Numbered from the stretch's first letter, positions 1 through 10,738 are shown. The stretch is 64,000 nt of DNA from an uncultured delta proteobacterium (GCA_963796055.1 CAWCKH010000004.1:1184001-1248000), one strand, 5' to 3'. Notes: generated from the sequence alone by a model not told the origin. Program-made: numbers and translations.

Positions 1-876
1 CGGATGCGTCGAGCCGAGGCGACCGAGGAATTCTTTCCAGCGATCGACCGGCGAGTATCCCAGCTCCTTGCGGATGCGCTCGCCGGAGCAGGTGAGGCGA
101 GACGCCGCGGGGGGCACTTCGACCACCGGCTTGCCCAGCACCCGGGCGACGGCGGCCAGGTACTCGGACGTCGGCGCCGACCCGTCGATGACGTTGTAGG
201 CGCGTCCCACGGCGCGTGCGTGCGTCAGCGCGAGGACGATGGCCTCGGCCAGGTTGTCCACGTCGACGTAGGGCATCTCCAGGAGGGGCCAGATGGGCTC
301 GACGGAGGTGCGCGCCCGCTCGAGCGCCAGGGGACCCCAGTGGGAATGGCGGTGCATGGAGAGGACCACCACCGGCCGGAGGATGACCGTCGCCAGGCCG
401 CGCGCCTCCTCCGCGCGCACCAGGCGCTCCCCCTCAGCCTTGGTGAAGCTGTAGGCGTCGCCCGGCTCGGTCCAGAGCGGGCTCTCCTCGTCGAAGGCCG
501 TGCCCCTCCTCCAGTCGTAGACGGAGACCGTGGAGATGTGCACCAGACGCCGGCAGCCCCTGGCCCGCATCGCCGCGAGGACATTGGCTACGCCCCCGAC
601 GTTGATTCGCCGGGAGGCTTCCAGGTCCGGCGACCCGATGGCCGCGCAGTGGACGACGGCCTCCATCCCCTCGAGCGCCTGCGTGAGGCCCTCGCGGTCG
701 ACGATGTCCACCGTCCGCCGCTCCACCCCCGGCGGCGCGTCGCTCCAGGAATTCCGGGCGATGCCGCGCACGGCGCAGCCCGCGGCGGCGAGCCGGGCGG
801 CGACGGCGCTTCCCACCGCGCCGGAGGCCCCGGTGACGAGAATCCGCCTCGGAAGTGGCGACGACCCTGCGTCCAC
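1..876 (-). CDS. NAD-dependent epimerase/dehydratase (extended SDR); 3' end runs off the window
   Basis: Manual translation (not in the ORF track): ILVTGASGAVG Rossmann motif, VVHCAA, HISTVSVY, YSFTK (YxxxK); GTG start at 876. Confidence 0.85.
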   Translation of the reverse strand, partial: MDAGSSPLPRRILVTGASGAVGSAVAARLAAAGCAVRGIARNSWSDAPPGVERRTVDIVDREGLTQALEGMEAVVHCAAIGSPDLEASRRINVGGVANVLAAMRARGCRRLVHISTVSVYDWRRGTAFDEESPLWTEPGDAYSFTKAEGERLVRAEEARGLATVILRPVVVLSMHRHSHWGPLALERARTSVEPIWPLLEMPYVDVDNLAEAIVLALTHARAVGRAYNVIDGSAPTSEYLAAVARVLGKPVVEVPPAASRLTCSGERIRKELGYSPVDRWKEFLGRLGSTHP

Positions 877-1160
877 GGCGCCGGGATCTCTACCACGTTC
901 GGCAACGACCGAGGCCTCACCGGAGCGAGTCGGTGAAGCGCGCCGCTCCGACGTTCAACTCGACTCCGGCGGGGTGCACGTGCGCGGGCCGAAGCGTTCC
1001 GCGCGGGAGTGGCCTTCGGCGGTCAGGTCATGTAAACGGCGCTGGCCCGCTCCTGATTTCACGCTCTGCCTCGGCCGGCTTTACTGGGTGACGCGGGCTC
1101 CCCTGTTCTCGGGTCATCCTCGTCATCCTGGCCTTGGGGTCCGCCAAATCGGAGCAGCCC

Positions 1161-1973
1161 ATGGAACAGCGAAGGAACGTCCTCGTCACCGGCGCCTCGT
1201 CAGGGATCGGGGCCGCCATCGTCTCGCGGCTTGCCAGGGACGGCCACCGCGTCGTCGGGACCTGTCGGAAGGGCGATCTCAAGAACCCCGACGGAACGGA
1301 GATGCTCCCTCTGGACGTCACCTCCGATGACTCGGTCCGGGCCTGCGTCCAGGGATTCCTCGAACGGGAGGGGCGGATCGATGTCCTGATCAACAATGCC
1401 GGGTACCTCCAGGACGGTGCCATCGAGGAGGTCACGCTCGAGCAGGCCCGCGCGGAGTTCGAGACCAACTACTTCGGGGTGCTCCGGATGGTGCTCGCCG
1501 TCTTGCCCGCGATGCGCGCGCAGAAGAGCGGCCTCATCGCTGCCACCAGCTCCCTGGCTGGCCTCGTGCCGCTCCCGTTCTGGGGCCACTACAACGCGAG
1601 CAAGTTCGCCATCGAGGGCCTGATGGAGACACTGCGTCACGAGCTCAAGCCGTTCGGCATCCGAGTGGCTCTGGTGGAGCCCGGCGCGATCAAGACGCCC
1701 TTCTACCAGCGACCGCACGCCCCGGCGATGACCGAGTACGCTCGCTGGCGGGAACCCTTCTTCGATGCCATGCGGAATTTCGAGCGCAAGGCGCCCGGGC
1801 CGGAGGTCGCCGCCGACGTCTTCGCGCGCCTCCTGAGTCGCGAGCATCCGCCCCTTCACAACACCGTCACCCTCGAGGCAAAGCTGTTCCCGTTCCTCCG
1901 CTGGGTCCTCCCGCCGGGCATGTTCGAAGCCACCGTCCGGACCGGGTTCAAGCTCGACAAGTCGAGCGGGTGA
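1161..1973 (+). CDS. Classical SDR oxidoreductase
   Basis: TGASSGIG, NNAG, YNASK motifs; GGAG RBS before ATG 1161. Confidence 0.92.
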   Translation: MEQRRNVLVTGASSGIGAAIVSRLARDGHRVVGTCRKGDLKNPDGTEMLPLDVTSDDSVRACVQGFLEREGRIDVLINNAGYLQDGAIEEVTLEQARAEFETNYFGVLRMVLAVLPAMRAQKSGLIAATSSLAGLVPLPFWGHYNASKFAIEGLMETLRHELKPFGIRVALVEPGAIKTPFYQRPHAPAMTEYARWREPFFDAMRNFERKAPGPEVAADVFARLLSREHPPLHNTVTLEAKLFPFLRWVLPPGMFEATVRTGFKLDKSSG

Positions 1974-1993
1974 GCCGCCGCGGGGCGATCGGC

Positions 1994-3268
1994 TCATCGC
2001 CCTGTCGGAGGCACGAGCCTTCTCCGGTTCGCCGCCAGGCCGTAGAGCACCGAAGCGAGTGCCACGGTCGCCACCCAGAGGACGAGCGCGCCGACGAAGA
2101 ACAGGATGACCACACAGCCGACGAGGCTGACCCCGGCGAGCACCGCCGGAATTCCCTTGAGCAGTCGCACCGCGGCAGCCATCGACATCACGTACGTCGC
2201 GATGAAGGACGATGTCGAAAGAGGCAAGAGTGAGCTGATCCCGAGCTGGTACCGGTAAGCCAGGCCGATCGCGACGACACAGAGGGCGCCCACCACCAGG
2301 AGCGCCCGGTGCGGAACCCTCGTCTTCGGGTGGAGGGCGCCCGCCCAGAACGGCAGATCCCCTGCCTGTGCCAGGGCATAGACGAGCCGGCTCATTCCGG
2401 CGACGTACGCATTGAGCGGCAGGAAGGTGAGGACTCCACCGGCCAGGCCGATGATCGGGAGGGCTCTGGCGCCGAATGCCCTCGCTCCCATGAGCGCGAA
2501 GGGCGGCAACCCGGCCGAGATCACCGTGCCGTAGGCCCGCGTCCCGATGGTCACCACCGCGAGGGCGAGATAGAGGGCTGCCACCAGACCGACGCTGACG
2601 ACGCTGGCTCGCAGCAGGTCACGTTCCGGGTTCCGGAATTCCTCCGCCAGGGGGGTGATCGCCTCCCATCCCACGAAGGCCCAGAACAGCTGCGTGGCCG
2701 AAACTCCCACCGCCGACCATCCCATGGGCGCAAACGGGGTGAATGCGTCCCAGCGCACGCCGCGAGCCGCAGAGGCGAGTATCAGAATGACGAACCCCAG
2801 CACGCCTGCCGTGACGAGCCCCTGAACCGCTCCGGCGATGCGCAGCCCCAGCAGATTGAGCGCGAAGGCAGCGACGACCATGCTCCCGCCGATGAGGAAC
2901 ACTCCCTCGCGCCCCAGGCCGAACGGAGCGGCGAGGTACGAGCCGGCGATCAACCCGGCGACGACGGTTCCAGTCGGCACCTGAGCGAGGAAGAGCCACC
3001 CCGCCATCGCTCCCCACCGACGCCCAAAGGCGCGCTCGATGTACGCCGAAAATCCGCCGGCCACCGGCTCGCGCCTGGCAAGCGCGGCGAAGGTCAGCGC
3101 CAGCGGCAACGACAGCAGGCACAAGACCGCCCAGGCGACGATCGATGCCGGACCCGCCGTTTCCGCCGCGACCGCCGGGAGGACCAGGATTCCGGTCCCC
3201 AGCACCGCGCCGGTGTAGAGGGCCACCGCCGTCCGCAGACCAATGGTTCGTTCCAGCTCGACCTTCAT
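1994..3268 (-). CDS. APC-family amino acid permease
   Basis: GAVLGTGI, FWAFVGWE, EEFRNPERD motifs; many hydrophobic segments. Confidence 0.9.
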   Translation of the reverse strand: MKVELERTIGLRTAVALYTGAVLGTGILVLPAVAAETAGPASIVAWAVLCLLSLPLALTFAALARREPVAGGFSAYIERAFGRRWGAMAGWLFLAQVPTGTVVAGLIAGSYLAAPFGLGREGVFLIGGSMVVAAFALNLLGLRIAGAVQGLVTAGVLGFVILILASAARGVRWDAFTPFAPMGWSAVGVSATQLFWAFVGWEAITPLAEEFRNPERDLLRASVVSVGLVAALYLALAVVTIGTRAYGTVISAGLPPFALMGARAFGARALPIIGLAGGVLTFLPLNAYVAGMSRLVYALAQAGDLPFWAGALHPKTRVPHRALLVVGALCVVAIGLAYRYQLGISSLLPLSTSSFIATYVMSMAAAVRLLKGIPAVLAGVSLVGCVVILFFVGALVLWVATVALASVLYGLAANRRRLVPPTGR

Positions 3269-3363
3269 TGGACGCGTTGGTGTTACCGGCTCGGGTCCTC
3301 GAGTCCAGCCCGACTCGGGAATGGCACCGCGGTCGGACCCAGGCCCTGGCCGGGCCGGCATGC

Positions 3364-3518
3364 CGTTCCCGCCGCGCCAACCCCGCGAGAGCAGTGCCCA
3401 GGGGCGGAATCGAACCACCGACACGGGGATTTTCAGTCCCCGTCGTGGAATGGCCAAGTCCACGGACCGACAGAAGAAAGCGAGGCCGGTGAGCGGGCGT
3501 GCATCGCCGGTGCATCAG
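3364..3518. mobile_element. attP-like junction A: integrase-tail remnant + 47-bp tRNA-Phe 3' copy (3395-3441) + alternative int C-terminus + arm motif
   Basis: 3395-3441 is identical to 19776-19822; 25 of 31 nt to the left match the integrase 3' end; TGCATCGCCGGTGCATCAG at 3500-3518. Confidence 0.88.
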
Positions 3519-4071
3519 TCCTGAGTCAGAGTGGCCCAGCGCGCGGGTCGAAGCCCAGCAGATCCGCTCGTTCCAGATGGAGGCTCGAAGCCCGGGGTGA
3601 GCTGTGCCGTGACCTGCCCCACGAAAACTGGACCAGGTCGCCGTCGATGAAGCGAACCTGTTCGAAGGCCTGTTTGAAGGAGAGATCCGGTCTGCCGCTC
3701 GGACCGACACGGCCTCACGGCTTTCCGACTCGCGGCGGTGGACTCCACATGATGGCGTCCGATCGCCCGGCGCCAGCAGTCCCGTGGATTTTCGCCGGCG
3801 AAGCCCACTTCGGGCAGTTGGCACACCGGGTGCTCTGGAGGCTGCAAGATCCAACGTCGACCTTCGCTCCACCCGAGCGCGCTCACGGGTCGCGCCTTCC
3901 AGAAAGCCGATCGCTCCAGCAGGGCGGAAATGCTGAAGCCCTACCGGCCCTTACGCCCCGCAGGGCTGGGTGTTTCTGGGGGCCGAAACACCGGATGACC
4001 TCGCACGTCATTGATGCGAGCAAGAACAGACCGGGTCTTCGCGGAGGAGGCCCAGCAGGGGACGGGGTCCC

Positions 4072-6987
4072 GTGACAGCGACAGGCCTCGTCAGCAGGCT
4101 CTTTCTGGGCCTTCTGGCGACCGTTGCGACAGGTGTCGCAGCCCAGACCACAGAGCAGTCCCGCGCCTGGATCGGCGAAATGAAGGAGAGCCCGCGCGGT
4201 CCGTTCTCCGCCATCAGGTGGTACTGCAGGGACGGAACCGTGCTTCCGCCGGCCGAGTACGCCTGTGCCAACCATGGCGGGGGGTTCCAGCACGGCGAGT
4301 GGAGCGATCGCACCAAGCAGCTGCGCTCGCAGGGCTACAGGGTGGCGACGCTGCTCGCCGGCATCGACGCGGCAGAAGCGCTGGCTGCGCCCGACTTTCC
4401 CGACGCGTACGGCCAGCTACTGGTCGAGAAGTTCCTGCGACGGATCGACAACGGCTGGATCCTGCGCAGGGCGCTGTTCTATCGCGGCGCCCTGCAGGAG
4501 GAGGACGAGCGCGAAGGAGCGCGAAGTCTCTTGCAGGCAATGGCGGCGCGGCCGGAGTGGATCGGCTACCGTTTTGTCGCGCTGCGCACGGGCGTCCGCA
4601 TGCTGCCGCACGGTCTGGACGCTGCATCGGCGCAGAAGGTGCGGCAGATGGCGGCGGCGCTCTCGGAACGCGACGCTGGCTTCACGGTGCTGCGCGCCAA
4701 GATCCATGGCACACCGGAAGCCAGCGACGCCCTGCGCGTTCGCACCTATGCGGCTGCAGGAAGACCCGAACTGCGCGACAGCTATGAGGAGCTCGCAGCC
4801 GAGATCGATCGCGTCTATCAGCCGAAGCCGCTCGATCAGACGCTGGAAGCCGCGGCGCGAGCATTCAGCCACGAGCCGGCGATTCGGAAGTCGTTGAGCG
4901 ACGCACGGGCAACTTACCTGCGAGACACGGACGCCGTCAGCCGCTATCGCCTCACGGCCGACGTCCTGATGTCGCTCAGGCGCGGTCTGCCGACGATCAA
5001 GTCGGCGCGGGATCGCCTTCGTGCGCTTGACCTCTCCATTGCGGTCGAAGAGGAGAACCTGCGCCTGGGCAGCACGATTCGTACGGCCGTGGACAAGGCA
5101 CAGCGCGGAGGCGACGTGATCCTGATGCGTGCTGCCGCCGATGCCGCGTATGGCACCGGCCTGCTGAACGAGCGCGAGCGCAGCTCGCTTCAAGAGCCCT
5201 TCGAGACGCTGGGTGTCCCCGAGGTTTCGCTGCGCACCTACAAGAGCGTGCTGCGCTCTCTCGGCCTCGTCCCCGGCTGGGGCACCCAGCAGTTGCAGTT
5301 TCAGTTGGGCGAGGCGATGGCCAAGCTGGCAGAAATCGAGCCCAAGTCGGAACTCTTCGTCCAGGACCAGCTGCGTGGCAGTCCCCTGCTGTTCTATTCG
5401 CAGGTGCTCGACGCGCTGAACCACGACGCCAACGGGCTGGCCGGTGTTCGCAACACCGTGTTCGGGAGGGAAATCAGCGTCGGCTTCAACGCGCTGAACC
5501 CGGGCATTGCCCGTGGCGTGCTGCACACGAACCCGGACATGCAGCGTGCTGAGCAGTTTCGGCCGGATGGCATCTATGTGCTCCCGGAGACCATCGCGGA
5601 GTTGCCGCCGATCGCCGGCATCCTCACGGCCGGCGCCGGCAATCCGCTGTCGCACGTGCAGCTGCTCGCTCGCAACCTCGGGATTCCAAACGTCGCGGTC
5701 GATCAGCCAGTGCTCCCGATCCTTCAGCAGGCCAATGGTCGCCGCGCCGTGATGGCGGTGAGCTCTGGGGGGCTGGTCGAGATTGCGGACGACGGTCCGC
5801 AGTGGGACACCGTGTTTGGCACGGCGGAGCAGGCGGGGGCGAACCTGACGTTCGAGCCGGATCTGAACAAGCTCGATCTCTCGGTGCGCAACTTCGTGAG
5901 CCTCGACGCGCTGCGCGCCAAGGATTCGGGCCGCATCGTCGGGCCGAAGGCGGCAAAGCTCGGGGAGATCAAGGCCAGCTTCCCGGATCGGGTCGCGCCC
6001 GGTGTCGGTATCCCGTTCGGCCTTTATCGCGCGACCGTGCTCGACCGCCCGTACAAGAACTCCGGCAAGAGCGTATTCGAGTGGATGGTCCAGAGCTTTC
6101 GCAAGCTCGAGGCCATGCCGGCCGGCTCGAAGGAAGCTGCGGCTTTCGCCGAGCAGCTACGCGCCGAGATCTACTCGACGATCGTGAAAACTGATCCAGG
6201 AGCGCAGTTCCGCGAACAGTTGCGCGCGGCGATAGGCAAGGAGTTCGGCGCCGATTTCCGCGGCGGCGCGTTCATTCGTTCCGACACCAACGTCGAGGAC
6301 CTGCCGGGATTCACCGGGGCAGGACTCAACCTGACGCTCTTCAACGTCGTCGGCTTCGACAACATCGTGAAGGGCATCCTCGAGGTCTGGGCTTCGCCGT
6401 ATACGCAACGCGCCTGGGCCTGGCGCCAGGCGCACATGAAGGGGCCTGAGTACGTCTATCCGGCGGTGCTGCTGCTGCGTACGGTGCCCTCCGACATCTC
6501 GGGGGTGATGATCACGCAGGACGTCGAAAGCGGCGACCGCAACATCCTGTCGGTCGCGGTCAACGAAGGGGTCGGCGGTGCGGTCGACGGCCAAGCGGCC
6601 GAATCGGTTCGGATCGACAAGCGCGACGGTGGTGTTCGAGTGATGGCAGCCGCGACCGCGCCGCGTCGCATGATGCCGCAGGCGTCGGGCGGCGTCGCGA
6701 AGCTGGCGACCACGGGTGCCGAGACGCTGCTGAAGCCCGGCGAGGTCAAGCAATTGATCGACTTCTCCGACGACATCGACAAACGCTTCCAGCAGCGCGA
6801 CGAGCGTGGCCAGCCGACTGCGGCAGACGTGGAATTCGGCTTCGTCGACGGACGTCTCTGGCTGCTGCAGATCCGGCCGCTCAACGAGAGCCGGGAGGCG
6901 CAGGAGAGCGCGTATCTTGCGAAGATGAATCAGGCACTGGAAGAGAACCTGGATCGCATGGTGAACCTTCGCGAGCCCGTCAAGTGA
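4072..6987 (+). CDS. Exported PEP-utilizer/dikinase-like protein (phospho-His domain followed by C-terminal ATP-grasp PEP/pyruvate-binding domain)
   Basis: Signal-peptide-like N-terminus; GNPLSHVQLLARNLGIP; VGPKAAKL, RSDTNVEDLPGFTGAG, DVEFGF..LLQIRP. Confidence 0.85.
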   Translation: MTATGLVSRLFLGLLATVATGVAAQTTEQSRAWIGEMKESPRGPFSAIRWYCRDGTVLPPAEYACANHGGGFQHGEWSDRTKQLRSQGYRVATLLAGIDAAEALAAPDFPDAYGQLLVEKFLRRIDNGWILRRALFYRGALQEEDEREGARSLLQAMAARPEWIGYRFVALRTGVRMLPHGLDAASAQKVRQMAAALSERDAGFTVLRAKIHGTPEASDALRVRTYAAAGRPELRDSYEELAAEIDRVYQPKPLDQTLEAAARAFSHEPAIRKSLSDARATYLRDTDAVSRYRLTADVLMSLRRGLPTIKSARDRLRALDLSIAVEEENLRLGSTIRTAVDKAQRGGDVILMRAAADAAYGTGLLNERERSSLQEPFETLGVPEVSLRTYKSVLRSLGLVPGWGTQQLQFQLGEAMAKLAEIEPKSELFVQDQLRGSPLLFYSQVLDALNHDANGLAGVRNTVFGREISVGFNALNPGIARGVLHTNPDMQRAEQFRPDGIYVLPETIAELPPIAGILTAGAGNPLSHVQLLARNLGIPNVAVDQPVLPILQQANGRRAVMAVSSGGLVEIADDGPQWDTVFGTAEQAGANLTFEPDLNKLDLSVRNFVSLDALRAKDSGRIVGPKAAKLGEIKASFPDRVAPGVGIPFGLYRATVLDRPYKNSGKSVFEWMVQSFRKLEAMPAGSKEAAAFAEQLRAEIYSTIVKTDPGAQFREQLRAAIGKEFGADFRGGAFIRSDTNVEDLPGFTGAGLNLTLFNVVGFDNIVKGILEVWASPYTQRAWAWRQAHMKGPEYVYPAVLLLRTVPSDISGVMITQDVESGDRNILSVAVNEGVGGAVDGQAAESVRIDKRDGGVRVMAAATAPRRMMPQASGGVAKLATTGAETLLKPGEVKQLIDFSDDIDKRFQQRDERGQPTAADVEFGFVDGRLWLLQIRPLNESREAQESAYLAKMNQALEENLDRMVNLREPVK

Positions 6988-8266
6988 GCTCGATCTGCCC
7001 GACACATCGCCCGGCAGGCGCCGCACTGGCGCTTTCGGTAGCGCTGAGCATGTCCGCCGCCAATGCGTATCCGCTCGATGCCTATCCGGAGACGGGACTC
7101 CGCCGGCTCGAGGGTCTTCGCCTGGCCAATGAAGGAAAAGTCGCTGACGTCAAGCAACCCAAAGGAGCAATGCTGCCGCTGAAGGCCGTCGACCTCAGGC
7201 TCGTCGGCTCGACGTTCGATCTGCCGCCGTCCGACCCCGAGCTCGACAAGCAACTCGCCGGGATCCTCGGCGGCGGACTTGCCGGCTACGGAGTCGCCAT
7301 CCTGGATCTGCCGATCCAGCGGAACCGCACTACGCCGAGCACAACAGCACCTATCGCCAGAACGTCGGCAGCGTCGGGAAGGCAGTCGTGGCGCTCTCCC
7401 TGTTCCAGGCGCTCGCCGACACGTACCCCAACGACATCGCGGCCCGGCAGCACATTCTCAAGAACACGGTCGTGACTGCGGACGGCTTCTCGCAGCACGA
7501 CCACCATACCGTGCGCATGTTCAACGTCGAGACCGGGAGCCTCACCCGCCGTGCAATCCGGGTGGGTGACAGGGCCACCCTCTGGGAGTTCGTGGACTGG
7601 ATGATGTCGCCGAGCTCCAACTCCGCCGCTGGCATGGTGATGCGCGAGGCGATGCTGCTGCGGCAGTACGGCACCGCGTATCCGGTGCCCGAGGCCGAGG
7701 CCAGGCGCTTCTTCGGCCAGACTCCGAAGCCCGAACTGACCGCACTGCTGGAGAAGACCTTCTTCGAACCGGTCACGCGCAACGGGCTCGATCTGGAGCA
7801 ACTCAGGCAAGCCAGCTTCTTCACCGCGACCGGCAACCAGACCGTGCCGGGAGCGGGGAACAGCTATGGCACCGCACGAGAATTGATGCGCTACCTGCTT
7901 CACATGGAAGAGGGGCGCCTCGTCGACGAATGGTCGAGCCGCGAGATCAAGCGCCTGATGTATGTGACCGAGCGCCGCATCCGCTACGCCAGCGCGCGGT
8001 CACTCGCCAACGCGGCGGTCTACTTCAAGTCCGGTTCGCTCTACGAGTGCGCGCCGGAGCCCGGCTTCCGCTGTGGGCAGTACATGGGGAACGTGAAGAA
8101 CTACATGAACTCGATCGTGATCATCGAGTACCCGGCAGGTGAGCGAAAGCTCCATTACATGGTGACGCTCATCTCGAACGTACTGCGCAAGAATTCGGCG
8201 GCCGAGCACCAAGTCCTAGCGGGCAGAATCCAGCAAATGATTCTGGCGCGTCGAGCGAGCCGTTGA
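6984..8266 (+). CDS. Class A beta-lactamase-like serine hydrolase, exported; frameshift near 7310
   Basis: Joining ORFs 6984-7475 and 7388-8266 gives SVGK (SxxK), SSN and KSG; start overlaps the upstream stop (GTGA). Confidence 0.78.
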
Positions 8267-9187
8267 TCCGATCCCGACGCTGGAGAAGTTGGAGGCAACG
8301 TGTTCCCGCTCGGGCGGTACGATCAGATCGTGCATCGGGCCCGCAAGCCGGGCGAGCCATTCGCCGCCCTCGGCGTGTTCGGCGATGCCGACCAGCACGT
8401 AGCGCTTGCCGCGGCACTCCACCAGCGCGCTGTCCGCGTGCGTCTGCCTCCACGTCCCGGACTTGCGAAGAATCTCGACACCCGGTCGTCCCTTGAGGCC
8501 CTTGACGAAGTAGTGCTGAATCCCAGGCCTGGACAGAACCTGCCTCATCAATGCGTTCATCGGCGGGCTCAGCAGCTTGTCGGTCGCCAGCATCCAGTAC
8601 AGGCGCGCAACCTGGAAAGCCGTGGCGCCGTGCGAGAGGTTGTGCAGCGGGTCGCGCCGCGTGGCCGGCTCCGGCCCGTAGCCCTTGCCAACCCAGAGCC
8701 CGCCGGCACCTGCCCGATCATAGAGGGCAAAGCGCGAGGACTGCAGGATCTCCGCAAGGCGGTCGACGCCGACCCAGCGGAGCACGCGGCTCGCGTCCGC
8801 GTTGCTCGAGAACCGGATCATGCGGGTCATGGCGGCCACGGTCTCGCCGTTGATCGGCAGCCGACCGACCTCTGCTTCAGCCAAGGCGCCGAGGAGGATC
8901 GCCACCTTTGGCATGCTCGCCGCGTACATCATGCGGTCGCCGTTGAGCATGGCGAGGCGTGGCGCGGCCGGATCGGTCGCATCCACCAAGGCAAGGGCGA
9001 GGCGACCCTGTGCAACCTCGCCACTCAAGCCGGCATCGGCGACGACACGCTCCATCGCCGCCTGCAACTCGGAGTCCCGGGAGTCGCGCAGGCCCGCGAC
9101 GGTGGTTTCCGCAGAAGCCGACGCGGCGATGAGGGTCAGAGCGCAGACGGCGCAGTAGCGGGCGAACGGATTCCGGAGAAGCGACAT
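8216..9187 (-). CDS. Class A beta-lactamase-like serine hydrolase, exported
   Basis: Signal peptide; ASMPK, SSN, KSGTW motifs. Confidence 0.85.
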   Translation of the reverse strand: MSLLRNPFARYCAVCALTLIAASASAETTVAGLRDSRDSELQAAMERVVADAGLSGEVAQGRLALALVDATDPAAPRLAMLNGDRMMYAASMPKVAILLGALAEAEVGRLPINGETVAAMTRMIRFSSNADASRVLRWVGVDRLAEILQSSRFALYDRAGAGGLWVGKGYGPEPATRRDPLHNLSHGATAFQVARLYWMLATDKLLSPPMNALMRQVLSRPGIQHYFVKGLKGRPGVEILRKSGTWRQTHADSALVECRGKRYVLVGIAEHAEGGEWLARLAGPMHDLIVPPEREHVASNFSSVGIGSTARSTRQNHLLDSAR

Positions 9188-9444
9188 CGATCAGCGACCC
9201 AAAGCATGACGCTCACGAGAAGTCGAGCTGGGGCGGGACCGGAGGCGTGGGGCTGGACGGCCGCCACCGGCGGGCTCTGGGGGCTCTCGTACGAAGAGCT
9301 ACGGCAACTGCCTCCTGCCCGGCCCCGGGGCAGGAGCCGAGGTCCAGAAGGACGGCGAGCTCATCCTCGTCCGGGAGCTCCGTCATCCCGGGCGATTGCG
9401 TGGCAGGCGCTGACCGGTCCTGCGCGCCTGTCGGGAATGGGAAC

Positions 9445-9654
9445 TCACTTCATCAGGGCGAGCTCTTCCTGGGTGAAGCTCGGGTCCGGTCCCTCGAACG
9501 CGTCGGCCCGGATCTCACCCCACCGGTCGCGGCTCGGGGCGCGGGCGACTCTCTCCCGCTCCAGCTCCGAGCGGAAGAAGACGCGGGCGATGCGGGCGAG
9601 GAGGCCCGGGCGGCGCTCGAGATGGGATTGGGTGAGGACTTCCTGGGGGTACAT
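9445..9654 (-). CDS. Small hypothetical protein
   Basis: ATG with an AGGAG-like RBS directly after the TPR gene; plausible codon pattern. Confidence 0.35.
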   Translation of the reverse strand: MYPQEVLTQSHLERRPGLLARIARVFFRSELERERVARAPSRDRWGEIRADAFEGPDPSFTQEELALMK

Positions 9655-9680
9655 TCTGCTCTCCTTGGAAGAGGTCCTTC

Positions 9681-10738
9681 TCAGGGCTGCGGCGCCGGTA
9701 TGCCGTCGCCCGCGGGGGGCAAGAGACCGGCGGAGGACGCGGCGGCGGTCCTGAACGTCGGGGGCCGGCGCGTGACCTCCGTGCCCACGTCGGCTCGGAC
9801 ATCGGGCACGGCGGCGGCGGTGGCCGGGCCCTGCGCAACAGTCGACGCCGGCATGGCGGGCGGCGCCACGAGGCGGTGCGCGCGCGTGGTGAGACGCGCG
9901 TCCGCGCTCTCGGCGCCGGGCAGGGCCTGCTTGGCAGGCGAGATCTCGCGGGCGACGGTCGCGGCCTGCTCGCCCTTCCCGGTCTGCTCGTAGGCCTGGG
10001 CGAGCAAGCTCATCGCCACCTCGCGGTTCTTGCTCCCTCTGTCCTTTTCCAGGAAGGTCTTCAGGGGCGCGATGGCCGGCTCGTACTTGCGCTGCCGGAC
10101 GAGCGCGGCGCCCAGACGGAACGAGGCCTCGATCTGCTCGGACTCCGACGGCTCCATCGTCAGGGACCGCGAGAACTCGGCGGCGGCGGCGGCCCAGACC
10201 TTGGCGCGGAACGCTTCCTTGCCTCGCTCGAACGCCGCCTGCCCGAGCTCCCGCCGGAGCGCGGCGGCGCGGTCCGCGAGCGCCTGGCGCTCGAAGGGAT
10301 CAGCTTGCCCTGGTCCATCCTGGCGAGCGCGGTGACGCCCTCCAGCCGCCGTTCCCCCGGCAGATTGGTCATCATCCGGTACGCCTCGGCGGCAGAGCGG
10401 TGCGCGGCGGCGACGGCGGCCCGCTCCGCCCGGTCCTTGTCGACGGACCGGGTGAGCGCCTTCAGCTCGGCCACCGCCTTGTCCCGCTCGCTGTCGGCGG
10501 CGGCGGTGCGAGCGCCCGACAGGAACAGGGCTGCGCCTCCGGCGAGCAGCGCGAACATCGCGTACGCCGCGGCCGAGGAGAGCGTCTGCCGGTGCTCGAA
10601 CGCCTTCTGCCTCGCCCCGAACGCCCTCATCTGGGCGTGAAACGTCTTCAGGAGGTTGTCGGTGCGGATGACGAGGTTCCGCCCCTCGATCACCTCACGG
10701 CGGAGGTCCGCCAGCTCTTGTTCCAGCTCCGTCCTCAA
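9681..10738 (-). CDS. Coiled-coil/TM/TPR protein; frameshift near 10290
   Basis: ORF 10160-10738 (coiled coil + TM) joins 9681-10157 (TPR-like ASFRLGAALVRQRKYEPA). Confidence 0.65.

Noticed and set aside
4..936. 310-aa plus-strand ORF and other long antisense ORFs (e.g. 37223-39967, 60822-63302, 32093-33961)
   Set aside because: Shadow frames of real high-GC genes on the opposite strand; no motifs.
3395..3441. Extra tRNA genes at 3395 and 14778
   Set aside because: The 5' acceptor strand and D-arm are missing; these are att-core copies.
3520..4070. Possible small genes between junction A and the dikinase
   Set aside because: No frame gave a recognisable product; a decayed gene cannot be excluded without BLASTX.
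6984..9187. Calling the two serine hydrolases true beta-lactamase resistance genes
   Set aside because: Fold motifs alone do not show activity, and no clear omega-loop ExxLN motif was seen.
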